From assembly GCA_003213595.1 (NCBI GenBank), contig QCMR01000003.1, positions 7,346 to 71,345 on the forward strand: a stretch of DNA of 64,000 bases. The letters run 5' to 3'. The stretch is from SAR86 cluster bacterium AG-422-E19. Its GTDB lineage: Bacteria > Pseudomonadota > Gammaproteobacteria > Magnimaribacterales > AG-339-G14. A program made the translations under genes and the position numbers. This document shows, piece after piece, positions 38,945-48,401 of this stretch. Numbering within the stretch: the stretch's first letter is position 1; each line of letters opens with the position of its first letter. Under the pieces are notes generated by a model that saw nothing but the letters and a program-made list of their open reading frames with translations, was not told the origin of the DNA and searched no databases.

Positions 38945-40207
38945 TTAATTAACCGCTAAAATATCTTGTAAGTTGGTCGTATATCGAGGAGATTGTAATT
39001 CTCTTTTCATTGACCATTCTTTTTTAATTCCTTGTGCAAGAAAACTCACAGGTCCTAAATTACTTTGATTAATCTGATCGACTAAGCTCATCATCTTGAA
39101 GTCTCTGGTATTTCTATCTTTTTGTTTAAACAAGTCTAGTTGATATACAGTTTCATCAAAAAAATCACTCAACATAATGCCAGCTTTATTGTAGTTAAAG
39201 TCTTTTCGATATAAGTCCTTTAGTAGAAGTTTTGCAGACTTAATCAAGTCTCTTGTATCGTTAGTTGGATATAAAAGAGAAGTTGATCTAATTTCTCTAT
39301 GCTGGACATCTTGTTTTCTAAAAGGGTTGGTTCTAATGAAGACAGAAATGATCTTACAAGCCTTTCCTTCTTTTCTTAATTTTTCAGCTGCTCGGGCTGC
39401 ATAATCACTGACTGCTTCCTCTAAAAAATCTAATTCTGTGACGCGTTTGCCAAAAGTCCGACTGACTACTATTTGTTTTTTTGGTGCAGGCGCATTATCC
39501 AAGGGAATACAAGTCTCTCCTCTTAACTCTCTAATAGTATTAACCAACATAATGCTAAATTGTTTTCGTACCTGTCCTATATCCATTTGGCTTAAACTAA
39601 ATGCGGTTGAAACTCTTTGGGAAAGAAGGTGCTTATTCAATCTCCGCCCTACTCCCCATATTTCATTTACTGGCATTAGCTTCATGAGTTTTGTTCTTTT
39701 GTGTAATGCAGTGACGTCTAGCACTCCTTGAGTAGTTGGATAACGCTTAGCGCCATAACTTGCAACCTTGGCTAAGGTCTTTGTGGGACCTATACCGACA
39801 CGAACTGGCATCCCGGTATACTGCATAATTTTTTTTTGACAGACTCTACCGAACTCTTCTAAGTCCATGCAATTAGCTATACCAGTTAAATCAAGAAATG
39901 CTTCATCAATACTATAAATTTCTACTTTAGGAGCAAGCTCTTCTAAAATACTCATAATTCGAGACGAAATATCGCCATACAGTTCATAATTAGATGAGAA
40001 TGCAATCCCGCCTTTTTTCTTGAATATCTTTTCGATTTTAAACCAAGGATCGCACATCTTGATTCCAAGATTTTTTGCTTCCTTAGTTAAAGCAACGACG
40101 CAGCCATCATTATTTGATAAAACAACTACTGGTTTTGTTCTAAGATCTGGCCTAAAAACTCTTTCGCACGACGCGTAAAAACTATTACAGTCTACTAAAG
40201 CAAACAT
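38945..40207 (-). CDS. umuC: DNA polymerase V catalytic subunit (Y-family)
   Basis: MFALVDCNSFYASCERVFRPDL and SIDEAFLDLTG. Confidence 0.95.
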   Translation of the reverse strand: MFALVDCNSFYASCERVFRPDLRTKPVVVLSNNDGCVVALTKEAKNLGIKMCDPWFKIEKIFKKKGGIAFSSNYELYGDISSRIMSILEELAPKVEIYSIDEAFLDLTGIANCMDLEEFGRVCQKKIMQYTGMPVRVGIGPTKTLAKVASYGAKRYPTTQGVLDVTALHKRTKLMKLMPVNEIWGVGRRLNKHLLSQRVSTAFSLSQMDIGQVRKQFSIMLVNTIRELRGETCIPLDNAPAPKKQIVVSRTFGKRVTELDFLEEAVSDYAARAAEKLRKEGKACKIISVFIRTNPFRKQDVQHREIRSTSLLYPTNDTRDLIKSAKLLLKDLYRKDFNYNKAGIMLSDFFDETVYQLDLFKQKDRNTRDFKMMSLVDQINQSNLGPVSFLAQGIKKEWSMKRELQSPRYTTNLQDILAVN

Positions 40208-40208
40208 C

Positions 40209-40634
40209 TTAAAACTGATTTATTGCCGCAGTAACAACTCCCATTATGTCTAGTTCTTCTCCGTTCTTTAAAAAAATTGGCGGGTATTTAATATTCTCTG
40301 ATAGTAAACCCACCTTAGGTGTTAATTGAAGACGCTTACAAGCATAAGCACCATCGATGGAAGCGATAACGATGTCACCATGTTTGGGCTCTAGACTCCT
40401 ATCAACTATAAGTATTGCGCCATTATTGATTCCTGCATTTAACATGGAATCTCCATTTGCTCTCACGAGATAAGTAGCAGCTGGAGCTTTTATTAAGAGT
40501 TGATGTAAATCAATTGATTTTTCTATGTAGTCATCTGCAGGACTTGGCCAACCTACTTGAACGTACTCAGAAAACAAAGGTGTTTCTGAGTTTCTGTCAG
40601 AGTCTGCAATCTGCCCTAAATGTTTTAAATTCAT
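40209..40634 (-). CDS. umuD: Polymerase V accessory/self-cleaving subunit
   Basis: S24 peptidase with the Ser nucleophile in ANGDSML and Lys in YACKRL. A LexA box lies upstream. Confidence 0.9.
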   Translation of the reverse strand: MNLKHLGQIADSDRNSETPLFSEYVQVGWPSPADDYIEKSIDLHQLLIKAPAATYLVRANGDSMLNAGINNGAILIVDRSLEPKHGDIVIASIDGAYACKRLQLTPKVGLLSENIKYPPIFLKNGEELDIMGVVTAAINQF

Positions 40635-40657
40635 AAATATTAAGGTTGAATAATTAA

Positions 40658-40677
40658 TACTGTATATATATACAGTA
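40658..40677. promoter_or_regulatory. LexA (SOS) box
   Basis: TACTGTATATATATACAGTA is an exact match to the gammaproteobacterial CTGT-N8-ACAG consensus, 24-43 nt upstream of the umuD ATG. Confidence 0.9.
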
Positions 40678-40680
40678 TAT

Positions 40681-40701
40681 TTGCATTAGGAGAAAATGCA
40701 A
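40681..40701 (-). terminator. Hairpin after coq7 (possible terminator/insulator before the umuDC promoter)
   Basis: TTGCATT-AGGAGAA-AATGCAA forms a 7-bp stem 12 nt after the coq7 stop. The U-tract is weak. Confidence 0.35.
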
Positions 40702-40712
40702 CTGGAATTTTA

Positions 40713-41228
40713 TTAGATAATTTTAGCTACCTTGACTGCGAAAGCCGAGCCACCGCCTACTATTTTGGTCCAGATATTAATAAAAATACCCGGGGTTAAA
40801 TTTTTCTTTTCAGCTGATTCAAGTTTATGATCAATTTCATCGTCCTGACACGACTGAAGAAGATCTATTAGCTCTTGGTTAGGATTTGGCTGAGCTCGAA
40901 GATATTTGAGTTGTTCTTCGTAGTGCTCTTCTACAAAAGCTTCAACAGCTTCTATAGTAGCAAAGACAATTTTTGGACCAAATAGCGTAGGAAGAAAACC
41001 GAGTAAAAAGCCAGCAACTTTCCACAGCCAAACTAATTTACTTCTGTCTTTTTTTGGAAGCACTCCTTCAATCTTTTGAAGATGAGATTCTTCAGTTGCT
41101 AAATGCCTTTTAGAAAAATTAACTAATTCAGGATCCTTAGCAATTTTAAGAATTCCTTTGTAAATATAAACAGCTCCTACTTCGCCAGCATGATCTGATC
41201 TCAGAAAGCCTTTTAATAGATTATCCAT
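40713..41228 (-). CDS. coq7: Demethoxyubiquinone hydroxylase (Coq7 family, di-iron)
   Basis: RSDHAGEVGAVYIYKG, the ExxH motifs (EESHL, DEIDH), and a 171-aa length. Confidence 0.85.
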   Translation of the reverse strand: MDNLLKGFLRSDHAGEVGAVYIYKGILKIAKDPELVNFSKRHLATEESHLQKIEGVLPKKDRSKLVWLWKVAGFLLGFLPTLFGPKIVFATIEAVEAFVEEHYEEQLKYLRAQPNPNQELIDLLQSCQDDEIDHKLESAEKKNLTPGIFINIWTKIVGGGSAFAVKVAKII

Positions 41229-41270
41229 TAGAGAAAAATACCTACAAACTTAGTTATAAAAAAATATCTT

Positions 41271-41534
41271 TTAAGCAACTTTAGTTTTTTTATATTCCCT
41301 ATAGTTATTAACTATTCCAATGTAGTTGATATAAGCCCAGATTGGCATGAATGCCAATAACCACCAAAGTTCAGTAACAATTAACAAATAAACTCCTGGA
41401 ATAAAACCAACAGTACCAACAATAAAACCGTAAAAACGAGTTTTTGCATTGAGACTTGTAAGCAAGTAAACACAGATGAATGCAAAAATTTGATCAAAAA
41501 TTTGTGCAGAATTGAAAATATTAAATTCAAGCAT
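41271..41534 (-). CDS. Small 3-TM membrane protein, function unknown
   Basis: 87 aa with three predicted TM helices. A GAGG Shine-Dalgarno lies 6 nt upstream of the ATG, 16 nt after the tRNA-Val gene. Confidence 0.6.
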   Translation of the reverse strand: MLEFNIFNSAQIFDQIFAFICVYLLTSLNAKTRFYGFIVGTVGFIPGVYLLIVTELWWLLAFMPIWAYINYIGIVNNYREYKKTKVA

Positions 41535-41550
41535 TTTTACCTCAGAAACT

Positions 41551-41627
41551 TGGTAGACACGCCCGGATTCGAACCGGGGACCCCTACCATGTCAAGGTAG
41601 TACTCTAACCAACTGAGCTACGTGTCT
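41551..41627 (-). tRNA. tRNA-Val (GAC)
   Basis: Reverse strand: AGACACG TA GCTC AGTTGGTTA GAGT A CTACC TTGACAT GGTAG GGGTC CCCGG TTCGAAT CCGGG CGTGTCT A CCA. Confidence 0.9.
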
Positions 41628-42886
41628 AAATTCGGAACGAATTCTAACACAGTCGCATTGATACAATACCTTGGTTTACCATTTGGACCATCATTGAATA
41701 CGTGTCCTAGGTGAATGCCTGATGATTTAGATCTTATCTCAACACGAACCATGCCATAACTGTAATCCATATGTTCAGTTACAGCATCCTCAATCGCTTC
41801 AGTAAAAGAAAGCCATCCTGTTTTGGAATTAAATCTGTGTTTGGTATCAAAAAGAGGAGCTCCGCTTAATTTGTCAACAAATACTCCTTCAGGAGTATTT
41901 TTAAATAATTCATATTCTTTGCAATACGTAGGATCCGTACCTTGATTGAACGCTACGTTGTAAGCTTCGGTTTTGCCAAGTTTAAATTTCCCTAGAAACT
42001 CATAAAATTTATCTTTAGCAAGGTATCCTTGGTGGGCAGAAATTTCTTGACCGTTTTCTAAAAAATAGATTGTGGGTGTAGCCCAGGTAGGTGTTTTTAA
42101 ATCTAAGCCATCTAATTCATTTGATTTTCGAAAAAATAACTCAATGGAGCCTTCATAGCTATTTAAGACTTCTTTCCTTAATTTGAAGCAATAAGGACAA
42201 TCTTCAGCATCAAGAACAAGTATTTTTTTACCGGATGTTAAATCTTTGTTATCTACTAGATCTTCAGTTTCTTTAGAAAAAATAATTCCTGTTGAATTAT
42301 CTGGGCAATACCCATTAGGATTTTTTACTAAATAATCTTGATGATAATCTTCTGCCAAATAAAAATTTGTATACTTTTTAATATCTGTTGAAATTGGTCC
42401 ATAACCTTTTTTACTTAATAAATTCTGGTAATTTTTTTTTACTCCTTCAGAGATATTTATTTCGTCAATCGTATTAGCGAGAATCAAGGAGCGATATTGA
42501 GTCCCTATGTCGTTTCCTTGCCTGTTAATTTGGGTTGGGTCATGCATTTCAAAGAAAATCTTTACAAGACTTTCGAAGTCAGTTTGATTACTGTTATAAG
42601 TTACTCTAACTACTTCAGCAAAATTATTTGGGTTGAACCTATTTTCTCTTTTGATTATTTCTTTATAAACAGGCTTAATATTTTTTCCATCAGCATAGCC
42701 TGACTCAACATTTACAACTCCGTAACTTTCCTGAAATTTTTTTTCAACGCTCCAAAAACAACCCGCCCCAAAAATGATTGTTTTCAGGTGATTTGTTGAG
42801 TTCTCCGCAAACAAGTTTGTATTTAAAAAAGAGATACAAAATAAACTAAAAATAAATTTATAAGAAAATGATGATATTTTGTTCAT
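41618..42886 (-). CDS. Periplasmic MsrA / thioredoxin-like / MsrB fusion (methionine sulfoxide reductase A+B)
   Basis: Signal peptide, MsrA GAGCFWSVE, a middle CPYC thioredoxin-like segment, and MsrB GWLSF...RYCINATVLEF. The last 10 nt overlap tRNA-Val. Confidence 0.9.
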   Translation of the reverse strand: MNKISSFSYKFIFSLFCISFLNTNLFAENSTNHLKTIIFGAGCFWSVEKKFQESYGVVNVESGYADGKNIKPVYKEIIKRENRFNPNNFAEVVRVTYNSNQTDFESLVKIFFEMHDPTQINRQGNDIGTQYRSLILANTIDEINISEGVKKNYQNLLSKKGYGPISTDIKKYTNFYLAEDYHQDYLVKNPNGYCPDNSTGIIFSKETEDLVDNKDLTSGKKILVLDAEDCPYCFKLRKEVLNSYEGSIELFFRKSNELDGLDLKTPTWATPTIYFLENGQEISAHQGYLAKDKFYEFLGKFKLGKTEAYNVAFNQGTDPTYCKEYELFKNTPEGVFVDKLSGAPLFDTKHRFNSKTGWLSFTEAIEDAVTEHMDYSYGMVRVEIRSKSSGIHLGHVFNDGPNGKPRYCINATVLEFVPNLDT

Positions 42887-42907
42887 ATATAAATATTATC
42901 CCATTAG

Positions 42908-43486
42908 ATGAAAATAATTCTTTTTATTGTTATAACCATAATAATTTTTTTTTCTTGGTTTTTTCTTGACACCACATCATCTTCGAATTCTCTCGAGAAG
43001 ACTGAGAATGCATACATTTCAGAGGAAGAGGCGTCTTCTAAAATAACCGATTTGACTTCTTTGAGCTCAAGAATATCAAAAAAAAATATCTATCTTGATC
43101 TAAAAGGTATTGATAGTAATGAATACTTCTCTCCGGTCAAAAATTTATTAGCTTTTAAACAAGTTACTAATTTTGAAGAATCTTTTATTGACATAATTCC
43201 TGGAGATATTCTAAATATAAATTTATTTGGAAATAATTTTCAAAAAGAAATTAAAACGGTTAATAAATCCAACTCAAATAAAATTATTAGAACAAAGTCG
43301 CTCGATAACGAAAATGAGTCTTTTTTGGTTATAGGTAACGAGCTAGCTTTTGGAAAGTTTCATATCGATGGAAAAGTTTTTTTGCTTAACAAAAATGAAA
43401 ACCTTACATATATTACAAATACTTCTGAAGCAGATTTAGAAATCCCTCAATTCAGTGAAGAAGATTATTCTTTAGAAAAGAAATAG
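42908..43486 (+). CDS. Hypothetical membrane-anchored protein
   Basis: 192 aa with an N-terminal TM helix. I recognise no motif. Confidence 0.5.
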   Translation: MKIILFIVITIIIFFSWFFLDTTSSSNSLEKTENAYISEEEASSKITDLTSLSSRISKKNIYLDLKGIDSNEYFSPVKNLLAFKQVTNFEESFIDIIPGDILNINLFGNNFQKEIKTVNKSNSNKIIRTKSLDNENESFLVIGNELAFGKFHIDGKVFLLNKNENLTYITNTSEADLEIPQFSEEDYSLEKK

Positions 43487-43491
43487 TTCGC

Positions 43492-46400
43492 TTAATCAGG
43501 TATGCCATCTGAATTGGAATCTACAGATGCAGTTGGATCTAATTTAAATGCATCGGAGTTGTCTAAAACTCCATCATTATCATCGTCATCGTCCAATTTG
43601 TTATCTATTCCATCGCCATCGGAGTCTGTACTTTCTAATTTCCATATCCTTCCTAAGTGATCGCGATACTGAATGATTCCCATCTCTGAATTTAACCAGA
43701 ATATGGTATGCATTAAATATGGAGTGTCACTATATGGACTATTATTATTATCCCAGAGAGTAAAAACATATTTTATGGTGCTGAAACTTCCATAAGGAAC
43801 GCTTATATTTTCACTTTTTATGAAGTGATTGAAATGAAAAACATCGTTATAAACAGGAGGGTCTCCATAGTGTGCGTTACTGCAATCTCTTGCTAAATAA
43901 TTTCCTATGCTTTGAAACGAATCGAAGAAAACACACAAATTGTTGTTGTTATAAAGAGTGTATTCATCTTGATTGGAAAACTTATAACCCGCCTCATAGT
44001 CAGTTCGATTTATAAAGTATTTATTATCCTTTTCATAAAAATGATAAGCCATCTTAGGATTTCCATTAGAAGAATTTTCCCATTTAAAGCTTTTATAAGT
44101 CTGACCATTTATGTCGACATCGGAAAACTCAGTAACTTGGAAAATTCGTGTAGAACCAGCATTTGAAAAAGTAGAAATGCCTCCCGAAATCTTTGGAAAG
44201 AAGTTTTTTATGTTGATTTTATTAGAAGTATTTGAATTATCTAAGGAACTAGCTGGCAGAATACTAGAAAATCTTGTTCCTAAGTTGTTATACCACTTGG
44301 TATTGTCGCTAACATTTACTACACCACAAGCTAGGCCGTTTTTACATGACACGTTTGGATTTGAAAAATAATCGGGTGAGATATTGTTGTAACTCATAAC
44401 AGTTCCCCAGTCGAAACTATCTGTGAAGTCTCCGTCGGTATTTCCATCAACACGATGACCATAGGCATAAGACTGTCCAGTTTCTCCTGGCCAATGTCCT
44501 GATCCTAAATTGTGTCCTAATTCATGGGCAAAGACTTTATCAGGAAAACATGGATTACATCCTGGTTCTGACCAATTGGGATCAACGGACCATGCTGATA
44601 AGTATCCATGGGCTGCATCCCAATCGGTTAAATTATCTATTGTTAAATCAATTGAAGCTGTTCCTCCAGTCTGTCCTTTTGATGAATCCCATCTTGAAAC
44701 AAGAATAAAATAATCAGCTCCATACATAATTTGATCTTTTTTAATTTTTTCTCTACCAAGAAGAGAAGAAAAAATTGTATTCCCTGATTGGTTACTTACA
44801 TCAACATCGTAAGGCAATAGTTTTAGCAAATTAAATTGAACCTCCGACTGACTCCTTTTTAGAGCATTGTTTGCAGATTCAATAAGATATAAAACTCTGG
44901 TCTCAACTCCATTTTCTGAGGTGTATTCAGATAACATATCAGGAGCGTAATAAACCAGAAGATCAACTTCATATAAAACATTAGAAATATTTATGACTAA
45001 ATCTTTGCTGTCGGATAAAGCTCCATCACTCACTGAGACTGTCACTTCAAAAGAAGACTTGGTTTCATAATCTGGAGGATTTATAAAAGATAACTTACCT
45101 GAATTAGAAATACTAAAATAGGCAGAATCAGTTCCTGACAAACTGTAGCTAAGAGGATCACCATCAGCATCACTGGCTACTATATCTACAACATTAATTT
45201 GATTTTCTAGAATTGTTATCTCAGTCGATGATATTGAAATGATTGGAGCATCAGGTAATGGTTGGACCGAGATATTTACAGATGCAGTGGAGCTTAAAGA
45301 GCCTTGTTCAAGAGTATATGAAAAGGAATCGTTACCATTGAAATTTGCATTTGGCTGATAAACCAAAATATTCAAATTATCCTTGCTTATCGTTCCATTG
45401 GCAGGCTGTGTAAATGAAATGTTATAACTTGATTGACTATCATAATCATCGTTTTCCAAAACGTTTATATTGAAAGTCTGATCTTCAAAAGAAGAAACCA
45501 AGTCAGAATTAGCTGTTATGGAAAAAGCTAAGTTTGATTCTGTTTGTCCAGATATCTCTGAAATGTAAGTGATTAGATCAAGACTATATCTGGAATAAAT
45601 ATTTTCTTGATCATTATTGGATGCAACTAAAACAAGATCATTAAAAAAAGTATTGGTAGCAAAATAAAATAAACCATGTGTAGCTGCTAAGTTAGGCTTA
45701 ACTTGTATCAAAGGTATGAAAGCTTTATACATATTTTTTACTTTCGTCTTAATTTCATTTTCCAAAGAAAGAGAAAATTTTAAATTTACATCGTCGACCA
45801 ATGCATCTATGAAGGCTGAAGATTCTATATTTACCTCATTTTGAGAGCTTTGATAAATTTCTACCATTCGATCTAGGATTACTTGGAAAATTTCACTGCT
45901 ATTGATTTCAGAAGTACTTAAATTATTGACTAATCTTGTAAAAGATAGTGAAAGAGAGGTCAGTTGATTGGCTCTTTCATAAACCTCAGCATACATAAAT
46001 CCATCATTCAAACTAGCTACATGATCAACAGTATTGACGTTTAAGTTTTGATCCAAGCCCAGAAGGTCATTTATGGTTGTTGTTATTGGGTTGGATAGTT
46101 TATTTAGAGATTCTGAAAGAAAAAAATCTGCGGTCGTTAATGGCGAAATAATAAAATTCTGAGCAATATTAGAAGATGCAAGTTCATCTATCTTGTAATT
46201 AATTAAAATCAAACCTTCTAAACTATTGTTTGTATCTAAATCAATGCCGCCAGAGGACTGAACTCTGTAGTCTGTGAGGCTTGTTGTTAAGCTAAATCTT
46301 CCTTGTAAGTTAGAATACGTCTTTGTTTCTCCAATATTTGAAAAATCGTTTGTAGTTTCGATCCAAATATCGGCATTTCTGATATATCCATCAACTACCA

Positions 46401-46530
46401 GGCCATTAATTGATTTTGGTTGACTCACGAAAGAACCTTCACTTGAAGGAGTGGCAGAGCTATTACCTCCCCCACAAGAGGATAGGACTAAAGTAAAAAG
46501 AAGTATTTTTAAAAAACTTGAATCTAGCAT
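43492..46530 (-). CDS. Large surface/secreted lipoprotein: cadherin-like repeats, metzincin metalloprotease and thrombospondin type-3 Ca-binding repeats
   Basis: Lipobox VLSSCGG. Cadherin-like modules are INVLENDDYD...NGNDSFSYT and ASDADGDPLSYSLSGTDSAYFSI...DYE. The zinc site is HELGHNLGSGH (HExxHxxGxxH). The C-terminus reads DSDGDGIDNKLDDDDDNDGVLDNSD. Confidence 0.85.
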   Translation of the reverse strand: MLDSSFLKILLFTLVLSSCGGGNSSATPSSEGSFVSQPKSINGLVVDGYIRNADIWIETTNDFSNIGETKTYSNLQGRFSLTTSLTDYRVQSSGGIDLDTNNSLEGLILINYKIDELASSNIAQNFIISPLTTADFFLSESLNKLSNPITTTINDLLGLDQNLNVNTVDHVASLNDGFMYAEVYERANQLTSLSLSFTRLVNNLSTSEINSSEIFQVILDRMVEIYQSSQNEVNIESSAFIDALVDDVNLKFSLSLENEIKTKVKNMYKAFIPLIQVKPNLAATHGLFYFATNTFFNDLVLVASNNDQENIYSRYSLDLITYISEISGQTESNLAFSITANSDLVSSFEDQTFNINVLENDDYDSQSSYNISFTQPANGTISKDNLNILVYQPNANFNGNDSFSYTLEQGSLSSTASVNISVQPLPDAPIISISSTEITILENQINVVDIVASDADGDPLSYSLSGTDSAYFSISNSGKLSFINPPDYETKSSFEVTVSVSDGALSDSKDLVINISNVLYEVDLLVYYAPDMLSEYTSENGVETRVLYLIESANNALKRSQSEVQFNLLKLLPYDVDVSNQSGNTIFSSLLGREKIKKDQIMYGADYFILVSRWDSSKGQTGGTASIDLTIDNLTDWDAAHGYLSAWSVDPNWSEPGCNPCFPDKVFAHELGHNLGSGHWPGETGQSYAYGHRVDGNTDGDFTDSFDWGTVMSYNNISPDYFSNPNVSCKNGLACGVVNVSDNTKWYNNLGTRFSSILPASSLDNSNTSNKINIKNFFPKISGGISTFSNAGSTRIFQVTEFSDVDINGQTYKSFKWENSSNGNPKMAYHFYEKDNKYFINRTDYEAGYKFSNQDEYTLYNNNNLCVFFDSFQSIGNYLARDCSNAHYGDPPVYNDVFHFNHFIKSENISVPYGSFSTIKYVFTLWDNNNSPYSDTPYLMHTIFWLNSEMGIIQYRDHLGRIWKLESTDSDGDGIDNKLDDDDDNDGVLDNSDAFKLDPTASVDSNSDGIPD

Positions 46531-46545
46531 GGCGCTAGCTTTTTG

Positions 46546-48009
46546 TTAGGACTTTTTATTTGAAAACTGAAGATTGCCGTCTTCCATTTTTCCAAATTTA
46601 ACGTCAAACCAATCTTTTAGATAATCTTGGTAATTCACCCAAGGTTTTTTGTTTCCTTGCTTGGCAAACTTATGGATAGACCTTTGAATGTATCCTGAGG
46701 ACCAGTCTTCTAGCCAGTCTTTAGATTCTTTAACATCGGCTGGAATTTCGGGGCAGCATTTCTTAAAATTATTTTTGTCCATATGTTTAATTAACCGACA
46801 AACATATTCACTGGTAATGTCAGCCTTTAAAGTCCAAGAAGCATTAATATAACCAAAAGAATTTACAAAATTGGGTATACCGCTATACATCATGCTTTTG
46901 TAAGTCATAGTATCCGAAACCTTAACCATTGAATCATCAACTTTAACTTCTATTCCACCAAAGTTTTCAAGAACAATTCCAGTTGCAGTAATAATGACAT
47001 CAGTTTTTAAAACTTCACCAGACTTAAGCTCAATACCTTCCTTAGTAAACTTTTCAATGTGATCAGTAACAATGGATACATCATCTTGTCTAATAGCTTC
47101 AAATAAATCACTATTTGGAACCAAACACATGCGTTGTTCCCAAGGATTGTAAGACGGAGTAAAGTGCTTTTGAATGTTGTAGTTTGGAAGTTCTTCTTTG
47201 ACCCTATCCAGTAAAAATTCCTTAACCTTTTCAGGACGATTTCTGGCTCTTTTGTAAAGCCATTGTTGGAAAAGGACATTCCTAAGTCTTATAATGTTGT
47301 AAACAAAACGTCTCGGTAAAAACTTGTTCAGAAAAAGAGCCATCGCATCCTCATCTGGAGCAGAAGCATAATATGTAGGTGACCTTTGAAGCATTGTCAC
47401 ATGCTTTGCTTTTTTTGACATTGCTGGAACAATCGTTGCTGCGGTAGCGCCACTTCCAATCACGACAATATTTTTCCCCTCGTAATCAAAATCTTCTGGC
47501 CACTCCTGAGGGTGAATGATGTCGCCTTGAAATTCATCTCTTCCTTTAAATTCTGGCAAGTATCCGCCCTTATAGCTGTAATAACCTGCACACATATAAA
47601 GAAAAGAAGATTTAAAAAGCTTAGATTCTCCAGTATTTTTGTCCTCAACTTTTAAGGTCCAAAGATTTTCAGAAGAGGACCATTCGGCTTGATGCACGTA
47701 ATGTCTGTATCTTATTTTATCTGTGAGTTCATACTCTTGAATGGTTTCTTCTAGATATTCCATTATGGAAGAGCCATCTGCTATGGATTTTTTGTGAAGC
47801 CAAGGCTTAAAACTAAAGCCCAAAGTATGCATGTCTGAATCTGATCTTATGCCTGGGTATTTGAATAAATCCCAAGTTCCGCCAAAGTTTTCTCTACCCT
47901 CTAAAATAAGGTACTTTTTATTTGGACACTTCATACTAAGATGAGCGCCAGCACCAATACCAGAGATACCGGAACCAACAATCAGAACATCTAAAATTTC
48001 TTCGTTCAT
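46546..48009 (-). CDS. Type I Baeyer-Villiger (flavin) monooxygenase
   Basis: FAD motif VGSGISGIGAG, BVMO fingerprint FQGDIIHPQEWP (FxGxxxHxxxWP), and a second Rossmann motif GSGATA. Confidence 0.85.
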   Translation of the reverse strand: MNEEILDVLIVGSGISGIGAGAHLSMKCPNKKYLILEGRENFGGTWDLFKYPGIRSDSDMHTLGFSFKPWLHKKSIADGSSIMEYLEETIQEYELTDKIRYRHYVHQAEWSSSENLWTLKVEDKNTGESKLFKSSFLYMCAGYYSYKGGYLPEFKGRDEFQGDIIHPQEWPEDFDYEGKNIVVIGSGATAATIVPAMSKKAKHVTMLQRSPTYYASAPDEDAMALFLNKFLPRRFVYNIIRLRNVLFQQWLYKRARNRPEKVKEFLLDRVKEELPNYNIQKHFTPSYNPWEQRMCLVPNSDLFEAIRQDDVSIVTDHIEKFTKEGIELKSGEVLKTDVIITATGIVLENFGGIEVKVDDSMVKVSDTMTYKSMMYSGIPNFVNSFGYINASWTLKADITSEYVCRLIKHMDKNNFKKCCPEIPADVKESKDWLEDWSSGYIQRSIHKFAKQGNKKPWVNYQDYLKDWFDVKFGKMEDGNLQFSNKKS

Positions 48010-48044
48010 TTTTATATTATAAATCCTTAATTTTTCTTTTGAAA

Positions 48045-48401
48045 TTATTCTTCTATTTCAAATCCCGCAGTAATCCAGTCTGTAATTCCTCCTCTTAGGG
48101 AAAAAACGTTTTTGAATCCCATATCGTTGAGAGATTTGGAACCCAACACCGACCTGAAACCACTTGCACAATACAAAATAATTTCATCTTCACTATCAGC
48201 AACTTCGAAGATGCCTTTTTCAAGAACGCCTCTACCAATGTGATATGCAGTAGGAATTTTACCAGAAACCCACTCTCGGTCTTCTCTAATATCGATTAGT
48301 TTTATTTGTTTATTACTTTCGATTTTTTCTTTAAGTTGATAAATGTCAACTTCCAGAACGTTTTTCAAAGCTTCTTGAACTAAATCTTGAAAATTCTTCA
48401 T
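48045..48401 (-). CDS. Single-domain rhodanese sulfurtransferase
   Basis: 118 aa with the active-site loop YCASGFRS. Confidence 0.85.
   Translation of the reverse strand: MKNFQDLVQEALKNVLEVDIYQLKEKIESNKQIKLIDIREDREWVSGKIPTAYHIGRGVLEKGIFEVADSEDEIILYCASGFRSVLGSKSLNDMGFKNVFSLRGGITDWITAGFEIEE

Noticed and set aside
37344-41627. HNH, pyrB, umuDC, coq7 and tRNA-Val as a tRNA-associated genomic island.
   Set aside because: I found no integrase and no direct repeat of the tRNA 3' end. pyrB and coq7 are core genes, and the composition is indistinguishable from the flanks.
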